Assembly (NCBI GenBank): GCA_044224725.1
Contig: JBGAJW010000012.1
Location: forward strand, 21,022-85,021
Source of the DNA: Flavobacteriales bacterium
Lineage (GTDB): Bacteria > Bacteroidota > Bacteroidia > Flavobacteriales_F > PHOS-HE28
Reading direction: 5' to 3'
DNA length: 64,000 bases
This document shows, in pieces, positions 9,801 through 17,894 of the stretch (position 1 is its first letter; each line of letters opens with the position of its first letter). The notes beneath the pieces were generated by a model, which saw nothing but the letters and a program-made list of their open reading frames with translations, did not search any database and was not told the origin of the DNA. A program made the position numbers and the translations under genes.

Positions 9801-10843
9801 TACACGTGCACGGTACCCTGCTTGCTGTCCCGCCCGCTCGCGAAGCAGGCTTCCTTTCCTTCCGGATCGGTCAGGTAAAGCAGGTCGTCGTCCGGCGTGT
9901 TCACCGCGAAGTCCATGTTCACCGGCGCACCGAACACGTCCAGGCCCTTGTCGTAGGTGCTCTTGAACACGTCGTAGCCGCCCATGCTGTTGTGGCCCTT
10001 GCTGCAGAAATAGAAGCTCTTGCCGTCCGGTGCCATGAAGGGGAAGTCCTCGTCCTGGTCGGTGTTGATGTAGCCCGCCAGCTTCACCGGTTCCGTGAAC
10101 TCACCGTTGGGCATCAGTTCCGACCGGTAGATGTCCCGCCCGGTGCTACCGCCTTTGCCGTAGCTCGCGAAGTAGATCGGGCCGCCCTTGTCCGGTAGGT
10201 ACACGAGCGCGAGGTCCTTGGCCTTCTTGTCCGCAGAGCTCTTCAGTTCCTCCGGCGTCACCACGATCTTCCCGCCGATGCTGCTCAGGTCATAGAAGCG
10301 GAAGAAGTCGCTGCCTTCCACTTCCACCTTGTTGTGCACATCGATCTCCTTCAGGTTGCTCAGGAGGTTCTGCCCGTTGCGGCATTGCAGTTCCAAGGCG
10401 TCCACCGGTCGCTCGGTGAGCATCTTTTTGTCCGCTGTTCCGCGATAGCGTTCGTAGGCTGTCAGCGCCTCTTTGAACTGGTAGCTCGTGTGGTAAGCCT
10501 TGCCCAGGAAGTACCACGCGAGCGGCGAGGGCGCGGGTCCCAAGGTGGAACGCTTCAGGTACTTGATCGCCTCGTCCTTGTCGGCGCCGCCGTGCAGGGC
10601 ACATACGCCATAGCGGAAGTTCAGGTCGAAATCCGACTGGTTGTTGCCGACGAGGGTCTGGTAGGGTTGGAAGGCCGCAGCGTATTCCCCTTTGGCGAAG
10701 AGCGCATCGGCACTGGCGCGCAACTCCTTGTCCCCGCCCTGCGCCAGAAGTGCGAAGGGCAGGCAGACGAAGACCACTATGCCCGAAGAACGGGTCATCC
10801 GAGAGTGGGCGCTTAAACCCGTCGATGCGCGGAAGGGTTTCAT
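3851..10843 (-). CDS. Giant (~2330 aa) secreted protein with N-terminal TPR plus PD40/TolB-like beta-propeller repeats, a >1500-aa low-complexity coiled-coil/disordered region, and two C-terminal SPOR (peptidoglycan-binding) domains
   Basis: The ORF track frame opens at 11251, but the signal peptide (MTRSSGIVVFVCLPFALLAQ) lies after the in-frame ATGs at 10843 and 10798. 10843 overlaps the plsY start codon region by 4 nt (ATGA-type coupling). The N-terminus has TPR-like helices and WD40-like PD40 motifs (DIYRSELMPNGEFTEPVKLAGYINTDQDEDFPFMAPDGKSFYFCS). The middle is A/E/R/K-rich coiled-coil plus T/Q/G/S/A-rich low-complexity sequence. The C-terminus has two SPOR-like modules (VVYKVQIGAFKQ...YAVGMF...GYRDAFVVAY and FFTVQVGVYSKP...YTTGVF...GVKDAFITAY). 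Confidence 0.7.
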   Translation of the reverse strand: MKPFRASTGLSAHSRMTRSSGIVVFVCLPFALLAQGGDKELRASADALFAKGEYAAAFQPYQTLVGNNQSDFDLNFRYGVCALHGGADKDEAIKYLKRSTLGPAPSPLAWYFLGKAYHTSYQFKEALTAYERYRGTADKKMLTERPVDALELQCRNGQNLLSNLKEIDVHNKVEVEGSDFFRFYDLSSIGGKIVVTPEELKSSADKKAKDLALVYLPDKGGPIYFASYGKGGSTGRDIYRSELMPNGEFTEPVKLAGYINTDQDEDFPFMAPDGKSFYFCSKGHNSMGGYDVFKSTYDKGLDVFGAPVNMDFAVNTPDDDLLYLTDPEGKEACFASGRDSKQGTVHVYRVSTAQAPVNITVLKGTFASQFNAEDRKAHIIVQDALTQENVADVNTDMNGNYVLSLPRSGKYRFMVEAGPSAKTHVGVVDVPRNDEPRAYRQEMSLVDQGGEKLMIRNYFDQPLEEDMIALALDEIKRRAKLDVGTHAVVAEEKPVEQPVGDPLTRAGFAGDVTRPVAQRMADEDAAALRKATDEIEHQSVAAYSIALENANLATTHTTKAEELVAQANGETDEKRKNDLMVEAARERQSARAANQRATAALRAGETLAAERMATQIRAQKAEKLSTDLTRVLAGKDENAMVIKLVELRTRMDEKNAPDGSLSAAEKMRRMATEREKEAATALARANTARGEENELVDRIARKKREEEEAKGNKKESIARERTELEAQLQAMRDENERAFAKARVAEQETVSARGQAALAKHLSTAAASMTVTGLDEDQKSQLAQRISGTGSRISAIALDERFDAAIAMESREMERRTFDWGAPIGTGAGEPIASTRTLQRDTSATAQHADPTTTMVSQPELAQGQVREGGTVDGPTSLTRSEAATPDSSASAEALNVTDVTARQGHAENPGQPERAGSTGGNANDVAQVQQDPQSDAGTTKELLRNGTSDQAGQTTATNGVDPKGTADAQAQTGQDRSNDAAASGATLQADTAGQGKAPNVTDLLAQSQGDRSSKNGLAGDTTGNAARGQGQPANAANGGGATNTLAEDRTTPTRSANGSESPTTGSNEPVGTSRTDTDLASMKGVVTPMQESATDENGKQGGAGEQPAGQNTSGKEDGALIEERTENAVQPDAEELAFVQANELAELKQLRAAEKNRARKDSLDTRIVELERTMRATATAADVASTTTQQHEERTGSSTQRANTTTDQPTSTSGQVLDTSGRGAENGQTTTSAERGGNDVSGTVQQPPTEGAATADRSVTTSPDAANDGQLRANSEEEAEAMMDSISASRPALAFDGTASDAVLIADIYPDYAARKQLMERELDDPKELSAALHGLELMLVDSIDAENTRQLDHLERHPGESAAVLKRVDRLRTMKEEHVAEADRALAAAEQQYAAGESRAMEDAALSQATPDRARDDRPIAASATPHNDDYVNIAEDREQVYTSTMDHRAEKIGDAIRERDRDLTTMADLEDRIDSLEGVLESMPIGKEQTKLRDRTDRLIDDHMILRTEIGQRMGYISKKEFEAAQDSSKELIALNVKEGFKPNEPMVLLATSFEENAERGMKKATEMRKRADRTEDIVLRDSLLRTAYAEELTALREMDRSHTVRNYLQAEAFQRGEQLTYEQVEQRMFGEEEQAPVAENIAGKEERGTIADVPATSGVVTDQRASTSTTIGTRYAEFMGGDTASSASMHEVQASDASSLRSEAQRAAERSRELETASLAAADRASALQDSAATGKRSERERLEREASRSRAVSDSLHQASLLASEQATDLDQKAAMAQDAAVFQERLLKYYYLNDQEHAIVLYEEDRSRYFQARAKALEQRDEATHAQEQAASTKQLADALLQQSKEILQNQNAGGAALTPEQMDQARLLTDQAIRLNHRADSLGSASERLNMAASVNESQAASMLQALTPERGTDIMAMEQRARRVEPVLAQARSLQQPANAVTPPLNGADVAANTGADTNPVVTPTTGTPENRAEQTSASQPPATSSDVPAVQTEAVTTTTAENIPSTATPVAEHPVLATPDAGAPRLLAPLTADVFEAETATPRAGPIPIDAPMPAGVVYKVQIGAFKQDIPNELFSDLAPVAGESVGNGLTRYAVGMFTTPEGAVKATQTVRERGYRDAFVVAYQDGRRVSLTQAMRAARPVSASTEIAADLPVSAPTRIAPPATMAVLPSDSALAAEQEVLSKYPTSVEQVLAQFQPPADATAYYSDPKAAPARQVETVKGLFFTVQVGVYSKPTALDKLFNITPLNSERTENAKIRYTTGVFTDMDKARSRKDQTVSLGVKDAFITAYLNGKRIPMRDARALITKFGPGVFADPSIITR

Positions 10844-11484
10844 GGGCTGGTTCCGCCGCTTAGTCGCATGCGATTCTCTTCCCCCCGTAAAAGTCGGGTG
10901 ATATTGGTCCGATGCGTCCAGAAAACAAGGATGCAGATGGCGATGGCGAAGCCTTGGAACACCCAATGGTCGTCGTGGGCCAAGAGCAGCACCAAGAATG
11001 GGAAGGCCAGTGCCGCGCACAAAGAGCTGAGCGAAACGTACTTCGACAGGAGATAAACGATCACGAATACACCCAAGCAGATCAGGGCGATGCCCCGGTG
11101 CAAGGCAAGAATGCCGCCGAACGAAGTGGCCACGCCCTTGCCCCCCCGGAACCCGGCGAACACCGGGTACAGGTGACCGACCACGGCCGCCAATGCCATG
11201 CACACCCGCAGCCAGGTGAAATCCGCCGAGCCGTCCTCCAACCCGCTCCACCAGGCCAGCACCCGCACCGGAGCGAAGCCTTTCAGCATGTCGATGAGCA
11301 GCACCGGCACACCGGCCTTGGGACCCAGCACCCGGAAGGTGTTCGTGGCCCCTGCGTTCTTGCTGCCGTGCTCACGAACATCCACCATATAGAACGCCTT
11401 CCCCCACCAGACGCTGGTCGGGATGCTGCCGCACAGATAGCTCAGCACCATGGCGATCACCGCATACACCCAATGCGCGTCCAT
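10840..11484 (-). CDS. plsY: Glycerol-3-phosphate acyltransferase PlsY
   Basis: 214-aa polytopic membrane protein with PlsY motifs (GSKNAGATN, equivalent to GSGNxGATN; FRGGKGVAT). It starts 3 nt after the stop of the upstream large gene. Confidence 0.85.
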   Translation of the reverse strand: MDAHWVYAVIAMVLSYLCGSIPTSVWWGKAFYMVDVREHGSKNAGATNTFRVLGPKAGVPVLLIDMLKGFAPVRVLAWWSGLEDGSADFTWLRVCMALAAVVGHLYPVFAGFRGGKGVATSFGGILALHRGIALICLGVFVIVYLLSKYVSLSSLCAALAFPFLVLLLAHDDHWVFQGFAIAICILVFWTHRTNITRLLRGEENRMRLSGGTSP

Positions 11485-11487
11485 GGT

Positions 11488-14400
11488 TCAAAGACCGAAG
11501 CGGTCCCGGAATTCGTCCACCTTGCGTTTGCCCGTCAGCATGAAGCGGAACTCGGCCTCATCCTTCTTGCTGTCCTGCTTCATCTTGTCCTCTTTCAACT
11601 CGCTGATCTGCGTATTGAAGGCCGCGTCGCTGCTGTACACGAGCATCTGGCCGCGCGCGTAGCTGAAGAACCAGTAGGTCTGGTCGTCCAACATCAGCAG
11701 CACGTGCATCGCGTCCCCGCTGCGCTTGCGCTGGAACTCGATCTTTCCTTTCACCGTGCGGAACACCGGCTTCTTCAGGATGGTGGCGATGCCGATGGGC
11801 CCTTGGCTCTGCCAGCTCTGGTCCTCAGCGTTCCACCGCAGCTTCACGTCGGCCAGCACGATCGGCTTGATCAGTTCGTCCGGCAGGCGCTTGATCTCGC
11901 CCTTGATGCTCAATTCGCTGATCAGCTTGTCGCTCTTCTCCTTGCCGAGCATCTCGCGCATGCTGCGTTCGTAGGGCGTCTTGCCGATGTCCACCGCCTT
12001 CTGCTCCGGGTACGCGAGGATGTCCGTGGCCATCTTCTCCAACGCGTTCTCATGGAAGAAGAAGTCGAGGTACATGCTCACTTGCGCCACCACGCGCGCG
12101 CTGTCGCCGGCCCGGAAGTCGAGCGTGCCGAAGTCGTCGGCCTTCACACGTCCGAGTTCGGTGCCCGTGCCGATGCGCCCACTGGCTGACAAGGCACAGC
12201 TCTCGGTGCTCAGGGTCACGAGATCGCCCGGCAGCTCGGCCTGGCGGATCTTGTCCTTGCTGCCGATCATGTAGTTCTTCTTCGTCTTGTCATAGAAGAG
12301 CAGCCCCTTCGCCGCGATCACGGTGCGGTCGGCCTTCGCTTCCTTCTTGCTCAAGAAGGTGCCGTACGGCTTGAACGGATCATCGCTGCCGATGAAAATG
12401 CCCGCGCCGATGCTCGCGCCCGCATCATCACTGAGCGAATCACCCACGGGAATGAAGACCTCCTTCGGATCGATCGGCCCGCTGAAGCGCATCCAGTTCT
12501 TGCCGATGCCCGCGCAATCATGCAGGATGCGCGTGCTGCCAGTGAAGGTGAGCTCCTTGCTCGTGGCCGTCAGCAGCACATCTCCGAAGTAGTCGAAGGC
12601 CGGGCTCAACTGGAATCTCTCCTCCTCGCCGATGCGACCACGCGCATAGGTCTGGTAGGCCGTGTCCACGTTCACGCTCGCGAGATGGATCTTGAACTTC
12701 TTGTCCGTCTCGTCCACATAGTCGTAGTCGCCGTTCGCGTTGTATTCGCGCTTCTTCTTGATGTTGACGGTGGCGTTGTAGATCGTGTGGTACTTCGTCA
12801 CGTTGTTCGCCGTGATGATCGCGTTGGTGATCGGGTCGATCTCCGCGTTCTTGCGGATGCGTACCCGCATGCTGTCCGGCGTGATGAGCGCGTCCGCCAC
12901 TTGGATGTACTGCACGTCGTTCGCGGTGATCAGGTGCTGCTTCAGGTCGTAGCGCGCCTTCGGTGCCATGAAGCTGAGCGAGTCCTGGTCAGGCCGCGTG
13001 CTGATGAAGTTGCTGCCCGATAGCTGCAGGTCTTCGTTGACAGCGGCGGTCTTGCGGTCGCTTTCCAGTTCCAGATCCCCTTGGTCCATGTACCACTTGA
13101 AGCGGTCCATGTAGCACATGTACTGGTTCACGGGGAACTCCACCTTCGTCTCATTGCCGTTGCTCACGAATTCACCGATGCGCTCGTCCAGCTTCACGGT
13201 CGCGTTCACGTTGTCCGTGCGGAACGCGATGCTGGCCGTGTCCCCCTCCGTCAACCGGAAGTCGCTCGTATCGGCGTGCAACTTCATCGTCTCGAACTGG
13301 AAAAGCCGGCTTTTGAGCGTTGCGTTGGTGAAGTCGACCAAACCCGCGCCGGTCATGCCCGCAGGACGCAGTTCGGTCTTGCCGTGCAGGTAGGCCATGC
13401 CGTCATACATGACCATCGGCTTCTCCAATTGTTTCGCCAGGAGCACGTCTTGCGCGGGTTCGAAGCGGAGGAAGACATTGCTCGCGTGCACGTTGGGTAC
13501 CTTCATCGTTGCGCTCGAGGCTGCGCCGTTATAGAGCGTGTCCGCAACGCCATAGGTGGTGTCCGGCGTGAAGTAGAGGTCCTTGCTCGTGGCGATGGTG
13601 GTGAGGTAGGTGAAGTCCCCGTCGCCATGCAGTCCAGCGTGGTCGAGCTTGAGCGTGTTGGCGAACTTGGCCTTCTTCCCATAGAGCGGGAGTCCGCCGT
13701 CGCCCGTGGGGCGCACGAAACCGAGCGCATAGTCCTGTTGCAGGGTGAGCGGCTCGCGGATGTCCGGGAAGATGCCACCGCTCATCAGTACACCCGCGAA
13801 GGTGAGGCCCGCATTGGTGAAGTTGTCCAAGCTGTCGATCGTGAAGGGATCGCTCTTGTAGTAGAATTTGTCGCGCTTGTAAGCGCCTTTCTGGATGTCG
13901 CCCCGATCGTAGAACACGAAGCTCTCCTGCGCGCTGTTGAACTTCGGGTATTCGGGATAGCGGCCTGTCTTCTTCCCGTCCCGCATCACCGTTTGGATGC
14001 CGCTCTTGTTGTTCGGCTCGTCGATCTCCAAGGTCCCCGTCACCTTTTCCAGCACGTTCTTCACGCGCACCAGGGAGAATTCGCCATTGGCGTCCGGCTC
14101 GAAGGCATCCGCGTAGAAGCTCACGCTGTCCACGTTCAGCAGGTCGATGATGAAGGGATCGTAGTGGAAGTAGTATTCCTTGCCGAAGTAGTTCAGCTTC
14201 CCCGCCGTGATCTTCCCACCGAAGGTGAAATCGCGGCCCTTCTTCACCGTCACCGTTCGCTCGCTCGGGAAGATCCGCACGTCCTGCGAGTCGCTGAGGA
14301 TGATGCGTGCGACACCTTTCAATGTGAGGTCGTTGTTCAGCAGGTTGATGGACCCATTCAGCCCGTCCTCCGCATCACTGTTGAACTGCAATACGTCGTA

Positions 14401-15963
14401 GTCGATCTTCTTCGCGCTCGCCATGGTATGCTCGACCAGTCGCGGAAGCACATGCACGAGCTCGGTCTCCGGATCATAATCGATGTACCGGCGCACGGCC
14501 ATATCGAACATCATGGGGATCACCTGCGGCTTCTGCAGCTTCGTGAACTGCGCGAAATCCCCAGCGAGGAAGACGTCCCCCGCCACCTTGTTGTAATCGC
14601 GCAGGCGGCTCAGCGGGTGTACCGCATCGGTGCCGAGCATGGCCTTGTAGCGGATCTCCTTGAAGTAGTTGTAGCTCTCGAAGACGGTCTTCGTCTGGGC
14701 GCTTCCTTGCAAGTTGCTGATCTCCACCAGCGGGTCGCCCTGTTTCCAGCGCAGTTCCTCGAACTGCATGTCCAGTTTGTGGAAACTGTCCCAGAAGGGC
14801 GCCATGCTCAGGCCTTCATTGTTCTTTATCGCCGCGAGCTGCTTCTTGTCCTTGCGGAAGCGGAGGCTCACGCTCGGGTGATAGATGGAGTCCTGGTCGA
14901 GCCGCATCGTCAAGGCCACGTTCTCGCTCGTGATCTTGTCCGGCGCGATGGTGAAGACCAGTCCCTTGGTGACGATGAACGGACGCTTGTCCCGGTAGAA
15001 TGTGAGGAAGGCCGGCTCCTCCTTCGTACCGTAGCCCTGCAGTTTCGCGCCCTGCATAGTGAAGCCACCTTCGAAGTCCACGCCCTCGACGATCTCGCGG
15101 ATCTTCATCCGGCGGTCATTGCTCTCGAAGCGTGGGTAACTCGCCTTCTCCTCGGTCACGTTCGCCAACACCTTGTCCGTGACCTTCCCGAAGAGCGTCT
15201 TCTCGAAGTATGGATCATTGAAGCTCACGCTGTCCACCTCCAGCTCCGAGCTCTTCACCTTCACTTGGTAACCGTGGTCCCATTCAGCGAAGGTGGCCGT
15301 CGACTTCAGGCCCGCGCGCACCCAGTCGATGCGACCGCCCTTGCCGTAGAAGATGCCGCGCGTGGGCATGTACACCCCGCTGGTGTTGTGGACCACCGCA
15401 CTGTCCCCTTTGGCCAAACAGCGCAGGTCCATCGTGCCGAAAACGACCTTCGGGATGCTGTCGTAAGCGAAGGTGAACTTCGGGTTGCTGCTCTGCCATG
15501 AGACACTCGCGCCCTTGTAGAAGGTGTTGTCCTTGAACAGGCTCGCACTCATGGCGATGAGGTCCGTGAGGTTCTGCTTGCGCGAGCTCTTGGCGGCGCT
15601 CTCCAAGCAGGTCATGTACGTGTCGAAGTCCGCACCACTGCGTCCACCGGCCGAGAACGCCACGAGGGAGGCGAGGTAATCCCGGAACGACGGGAAGGCC
15701 TCGAACCGCTTCTTCAGCATCGCGTTGCTCAAGTCCACGATGCGCGTGCGTTGGGCCGTGTTGAAGAAGGTACCGTTCCACGCCGGCGTGAACTCCTGTT
15801 CCATGAACGGCTTCCCCTCCTTCTTGTCCGCGCTCACCAGGAAGTCGGTCATCTCCTGCAAGAAGGCCGCTTGGTCGTTGGTGAAGGACTTCGTTTGAGC
15901 GAACAGGGCTGACGATGTGCAAAGCCAAACGCCGCAGGCCACAAGCTTCAAGCGCTGGAACAT
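11488..15963 (-). CDS. Large (~1490 aa) secreted protein of unknown function
   Basis: Continuous 1520-codon frame. The best start is the ATG at 15963 (MFQRLKLVACGVWLCTSSALFAQ signal peptide); the ORF-track start at 16050 would overlap prmA. It is beta-rich with no recognisable catalytic motif and is tightly linked upstream of plsY. I cannot confirm TamB/AsmA-like or any other family from the sequence. Confidence 0.55.
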   Translation of the reverse strand: MFQRLKLVACGVWLCTSSALFAQTKSFTNDQAAFLQEMTDFLVSADKKEGKPFMEQEFTPAWNGTFFNTAQRTRIVDLSNAMLKKRFEAFPSFRDYLASLVAFSAGGRSGADFDTYMTCLESAAKSSRKQNLTDLIAMSASLFKDNTFYKGASVSWQSSNPKFTFAYDSIPKVVFGTMDLRCLAKGDSAVVHNTSGVYMPTRGIFYGKGGRIDWVRAGLKSTATFAEWDHGYQVKVKSSELEVDSVSFNDPYFEKTLFGKVTDKVLANVTEEKASYPRFESNDRRMKIREIVEGVDFEGGFTMQGAKLQGYGTKEEPAFLTFYRDKRPFIVTKGLVFTIAPDKITSENVALTMRLDQDSIYHPSVSLRFRKDKKQLAAIKNNEGLSMAPFWDSFHKLDMQFEELRWKQGDPLVEISNLQGSAQTKTVFESYNYFKEIRYKAMLGTDAVHPLSRLRDYNKVAGDVFLAGDFAQFTKLQKPQVIPMMFDMAVRRYIDYDPETELVHVLPRLVEHTMASAKKIDYDVLQFNSDAEDGLNGSINLLNNDLTLKGVARIILSDSQDVRIFPSERTVTVKKGRDFTFGGKITAGKLNYFGKEYYFHYDPFIIDLLNVDSVSFYADAFEPDANGEFSLVRVKNVLEKVTGTLEIDEPNNKSGIQTVMRDGKKTGRYPEYPKFNSAQESFVFYDRGDIQKGAYKRDKFYYKSDPFTIDSLDNFTNAGLTFAGVLMSGGIFPDIREPLTLQQDYALGFVRPTGDGGLPLYGKKAKFANTLKLDHAGLHGDGDFTYLTTIATSKDLYFTPDTTYGVADTLYNGAASSATMKVPNVHASNVFLRFEPAQDVLLAKQLEKPMVMYDGMAYLHGKTELRPAGMTGAGLVDFTNATLKSRLFQFETMKLHADTSDFRLTEGDTASIAFRTDNVNATVKLDERIGEFVSNGNETKVEFPVNQYMCYMDRFKWYMDQGDLELESDRKTAAVNEDLQLSGSNFISTRPDQDSLSFMAPKARYDLKQHLITANDVQYIQVADALITPDSMRVRIRKNAEIDPITNAIITANNVTKYHTIYNATVNIKKKREYNANGDYDYVDETDKKFKIHLASVNVDTAYQTYARGRIGEEERFQLSPAFDYFGDVLLTATSKELTFTGSTRILHDCAGIGKNWMRFSGPIDPKEVFIPVGDSLSDDAGASIGAGIFIGSDDPFKPYGTFLSKKEAKADRTVIAAKGLLFYDKTKKNYMIGSKDKIRQAELPGDLVTLSTESCALSASGRIGTGTELGRVKADDFGTLDFRAGDSARVVAQVSMYLDFFFHENALEKMATDILAYPEQKAVDIGKTPYERSMREMLGKEKSDKLISELSIKGEIKRLPDELIKPIVLADVKLRWNAEDQSWQSQGPIGIATILKKPVFRTVKGKIEFQRKRSGDAMHVLLMLDDQTYWFFSYARGQMLVYSSDAAFNTQISELKEDKMKQDSKKDEAEFRFMLTGKRKVDEFRDRFGL

Positions 15964-16022
15964 CGAAGACCATCGATCCTTGAAGCCTGTGGTCTGTGGC
16001 TTGATGCCTGTAGCGGTACTCC

Positions 16023-16853
16023 TCATTTCCTGCATCCGATCAATGACCATTCACCGTGACTGAGCATTTCCTCCGGACGCAACCCCGCCGTCCTAACGCC
16101 TTCCAGCATAAGCGGTCGGTCGTCGTTCACGAAGCCGCTGAGTAGCAACGCACCGCCGGGAAGCAGGGCATCGCGCATGGCGGCCATGTCGCGCAGGAGC
16201 GTGTTGCGTTCGATGTTGGCCAAAATAGCGCCACAGGTCGCCGGTCCGAGAAGTGCGACATCCCCTTTATCGACACCGATGCGGCCGCAGCCGTTCAAAG
16301 CGACGTTCTCCCGCGCGTTGAGCACCGCCTGCTCATCGATGTCGATGGCGTGAACGCTCTTCGCCCCCATACGCTCGGCCAGGATCGCGAGTACCGCCGT
16401 ACCGCAGCCGAGATCGCAGACGTGCTTGTCCTTGAGGTCGAGCCCAAGCATGGCTTCCACCATCATGCGGGTGGTGGAGTGGTGCCCGGTGCCGAAGGCC
16501 ATGCGCGGGGTGATGACGATGTCGTGCGTGAAGCCCGGGACGAACGGATGGAACTCGGCCCGGATGCGCACCTCCTTGCCCACTTCCACCGGCTGGAAGC
16601 TCCGCTCCCATTCTTCGTTCCAGTTGCGTGGCTCAACCTCGCGCACCGTGTGGGAGATCCGCACATGGGGATCGCGCAGGACTTGAAGACCGTTCAGTGA
16701 GGTACGCTCGAAGCGATCGCTCCTCACATAGGCCTTCACCCCATGAGCCGTTTCCTCGAAGCTGTCGAAGTTCCCGTCGCCCAGTTCGGCGATGAGCAGG
16801 TCACGCCACGGATCGAGCGGCTCGATCAGGAAAGTGACTTCGGTGTAGCGCAT
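16023..16853 (-). CDS. prmA: Ribosomal protein L11 methyltransferase PrmA
   Basis: Start MRYTEVTFLIEP... is typical of PrmA. SAM-binding motif DLGCGTAVLAILAERMGA. The ORF-track start at 17024 would overlap tpiA; the ATG at 16853 is preferred. Confidence 0.8.
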   Translation of the reverse strand: MRYTEVTFLIEPLDPWRDLLIAELGDGNFDSFEETAHGVKAYVRSDRFERTSLNGLQVLRDPHVRISHTVREVEPRNWNEEWERSFQPVEVGKEVRIRAEFHPFVPGFTHDIVITPRMAFGTGHHSTTRMMVEAMLGLDLKDKHVCDLGCGTAVLAILAERMGAKSVHAIDIDEQAVLNARENVALNGCGRIGVDKGDVALLGPATCGAILANIERNTLLRDMAAMRDALLPGGALLLSGFVNDDRPLMLEGVRTAGLRPEEMLSHGEWSLIGCRK

Positions 16854-16882
16854 CTTGATCAGAAGATCAGAGAATGAGATGA

Positions 16883-17659
16883 TCAGATAATAGTGGCGGA
16901 CTTCACCCTTTGGGCGATGCGGACGAGATCGATGAACTGATCCGCCACGAGCGAAGCCCCGCCGATGAGGCCTCCGTTCACGTCTTCGCCCGAGAAGAGT
17001 TCCTCGGCATTCTTCGGGTTGCACGAGCCTCCGTAGAGGACCGGCACTGTTTCAGCGACCTGCGCGCCGTGCGTGTGCAAGAGCATGCGGATATGCGCGT
17101 GCATGTCCTGCGCCTGTTGCGCTGTGGCGGTGAGCCCCGTGCCGATGGCCCAAACCGGTTCGTAGGCGATCACCACACGCATGAGTTGCTCATTGTCCAG
17201 CTTGCCGAGCGCTCCTTTCATCTGCTCGGTGACCACATCGAAATGGCGACCGCTTTCGCGTTCGTCCTTTTTCTCCCCGCAACAGAAGATGGGCGTGATC
17301 CCCATGGCCAGCAGCGCTGCGATCTTCTCGCCCACCGCCGCGTCCGTTTCACCGAAGTACTGCCGACGCTCGCTGTGGCCAACGATGCAATGCGTGACAC
17401 CTACGCTCTTCAGCATGCCCGCGCTCACCTCGCCGGTGAAGGCGCCTTGCTCGGCCTGGTGGCAGTTCTGTGCCGCAACGCGTATCCGCGAACCCTTGGC
17501 GCGCTCCACCGCCGCTTCCAGGAACGGGAACGGCGGTGCGATGACCACCTCCGGTCCTTCTGGCACGTCCTTCAGCCCGTCCACGAGCGCATCGATGATC
17601 GCGAGCGCTTCGCCCTGGTCCTTGTGCATCTTCCAATTCCCCGCGATGATCGTGCGCAT
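16883..17659 (-). CDS. tpiA: Triosephosphate isomerase
   Basis: MRTIIAGNWKMHK... (AGNWKMN-type motif), AYEPVWAIGTG, GGASL. Length 258 aa. Confidence 0.9.
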   Translation of the reverse strand: MRTIIAGNWKMHKDQGEALAIIDALVDGLKDVPEGPEVVIAPPFPFLEAAVERAKGSRIRVAAQNCHQAEQGAFTGEVSAGMLKSVGVTHCIVGHSERRQYFGETDAAVGEKIAALLAMGITPIFCCGEKKDERESGRHFDVVTEQMKGALGKLDNEQLMRVVIAYEPVWAIGTGLTATAQQAQDMHAHIRMLLHTHGAQVAETVPVLYGGSCNPKNAEELFSGEDVNGGLIGGASLVADQFIDLVRIAQRVKSATII

Positions 17660-17894
17660 GTTCGTTCAAGCCGCGTGTTCACGGCAGGCGGTAAAGATCA
17701 CGTCCTCCGCCACTTGAGCCGACCGGTCTGCGAAGGATCTTCAACAATGGATCGTGATCGAAAGGAAGACCACAGTGGCACAGAGACACAGAGGGCGCCG
17801 AGTAAGGCTCCTCCATCCCACATCACCACACGTCGAACATGACCCGTAGCTACCCTGTGTTCTTTGTGCCTCCGTGCCTCTGTAGTATGCTACT

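Noticed and set aside
5843-10198. Long plus-strand ORFs (5843..7018, 8161..8919, 8334..9218, 8561..10198) within the giant SPOR gene
   Set aside because: They are antisense to a frame with TPR, PD40 and SPOR domains. Their translations are Arg/Leu/His-rich without motifs, and the high GC suppresses stop codons.
13081-15501. 806-aa plus-strand ORF
   Set aside because: It is antisense to the 1490-aa secreted-protein gene. Its composition is Val/His/Arg/Leu-biased, with no start context or motifs.
16910-17842. 310-aa plus-strand ORF
   Set aside because: It is antisense to tpiA and prmA.
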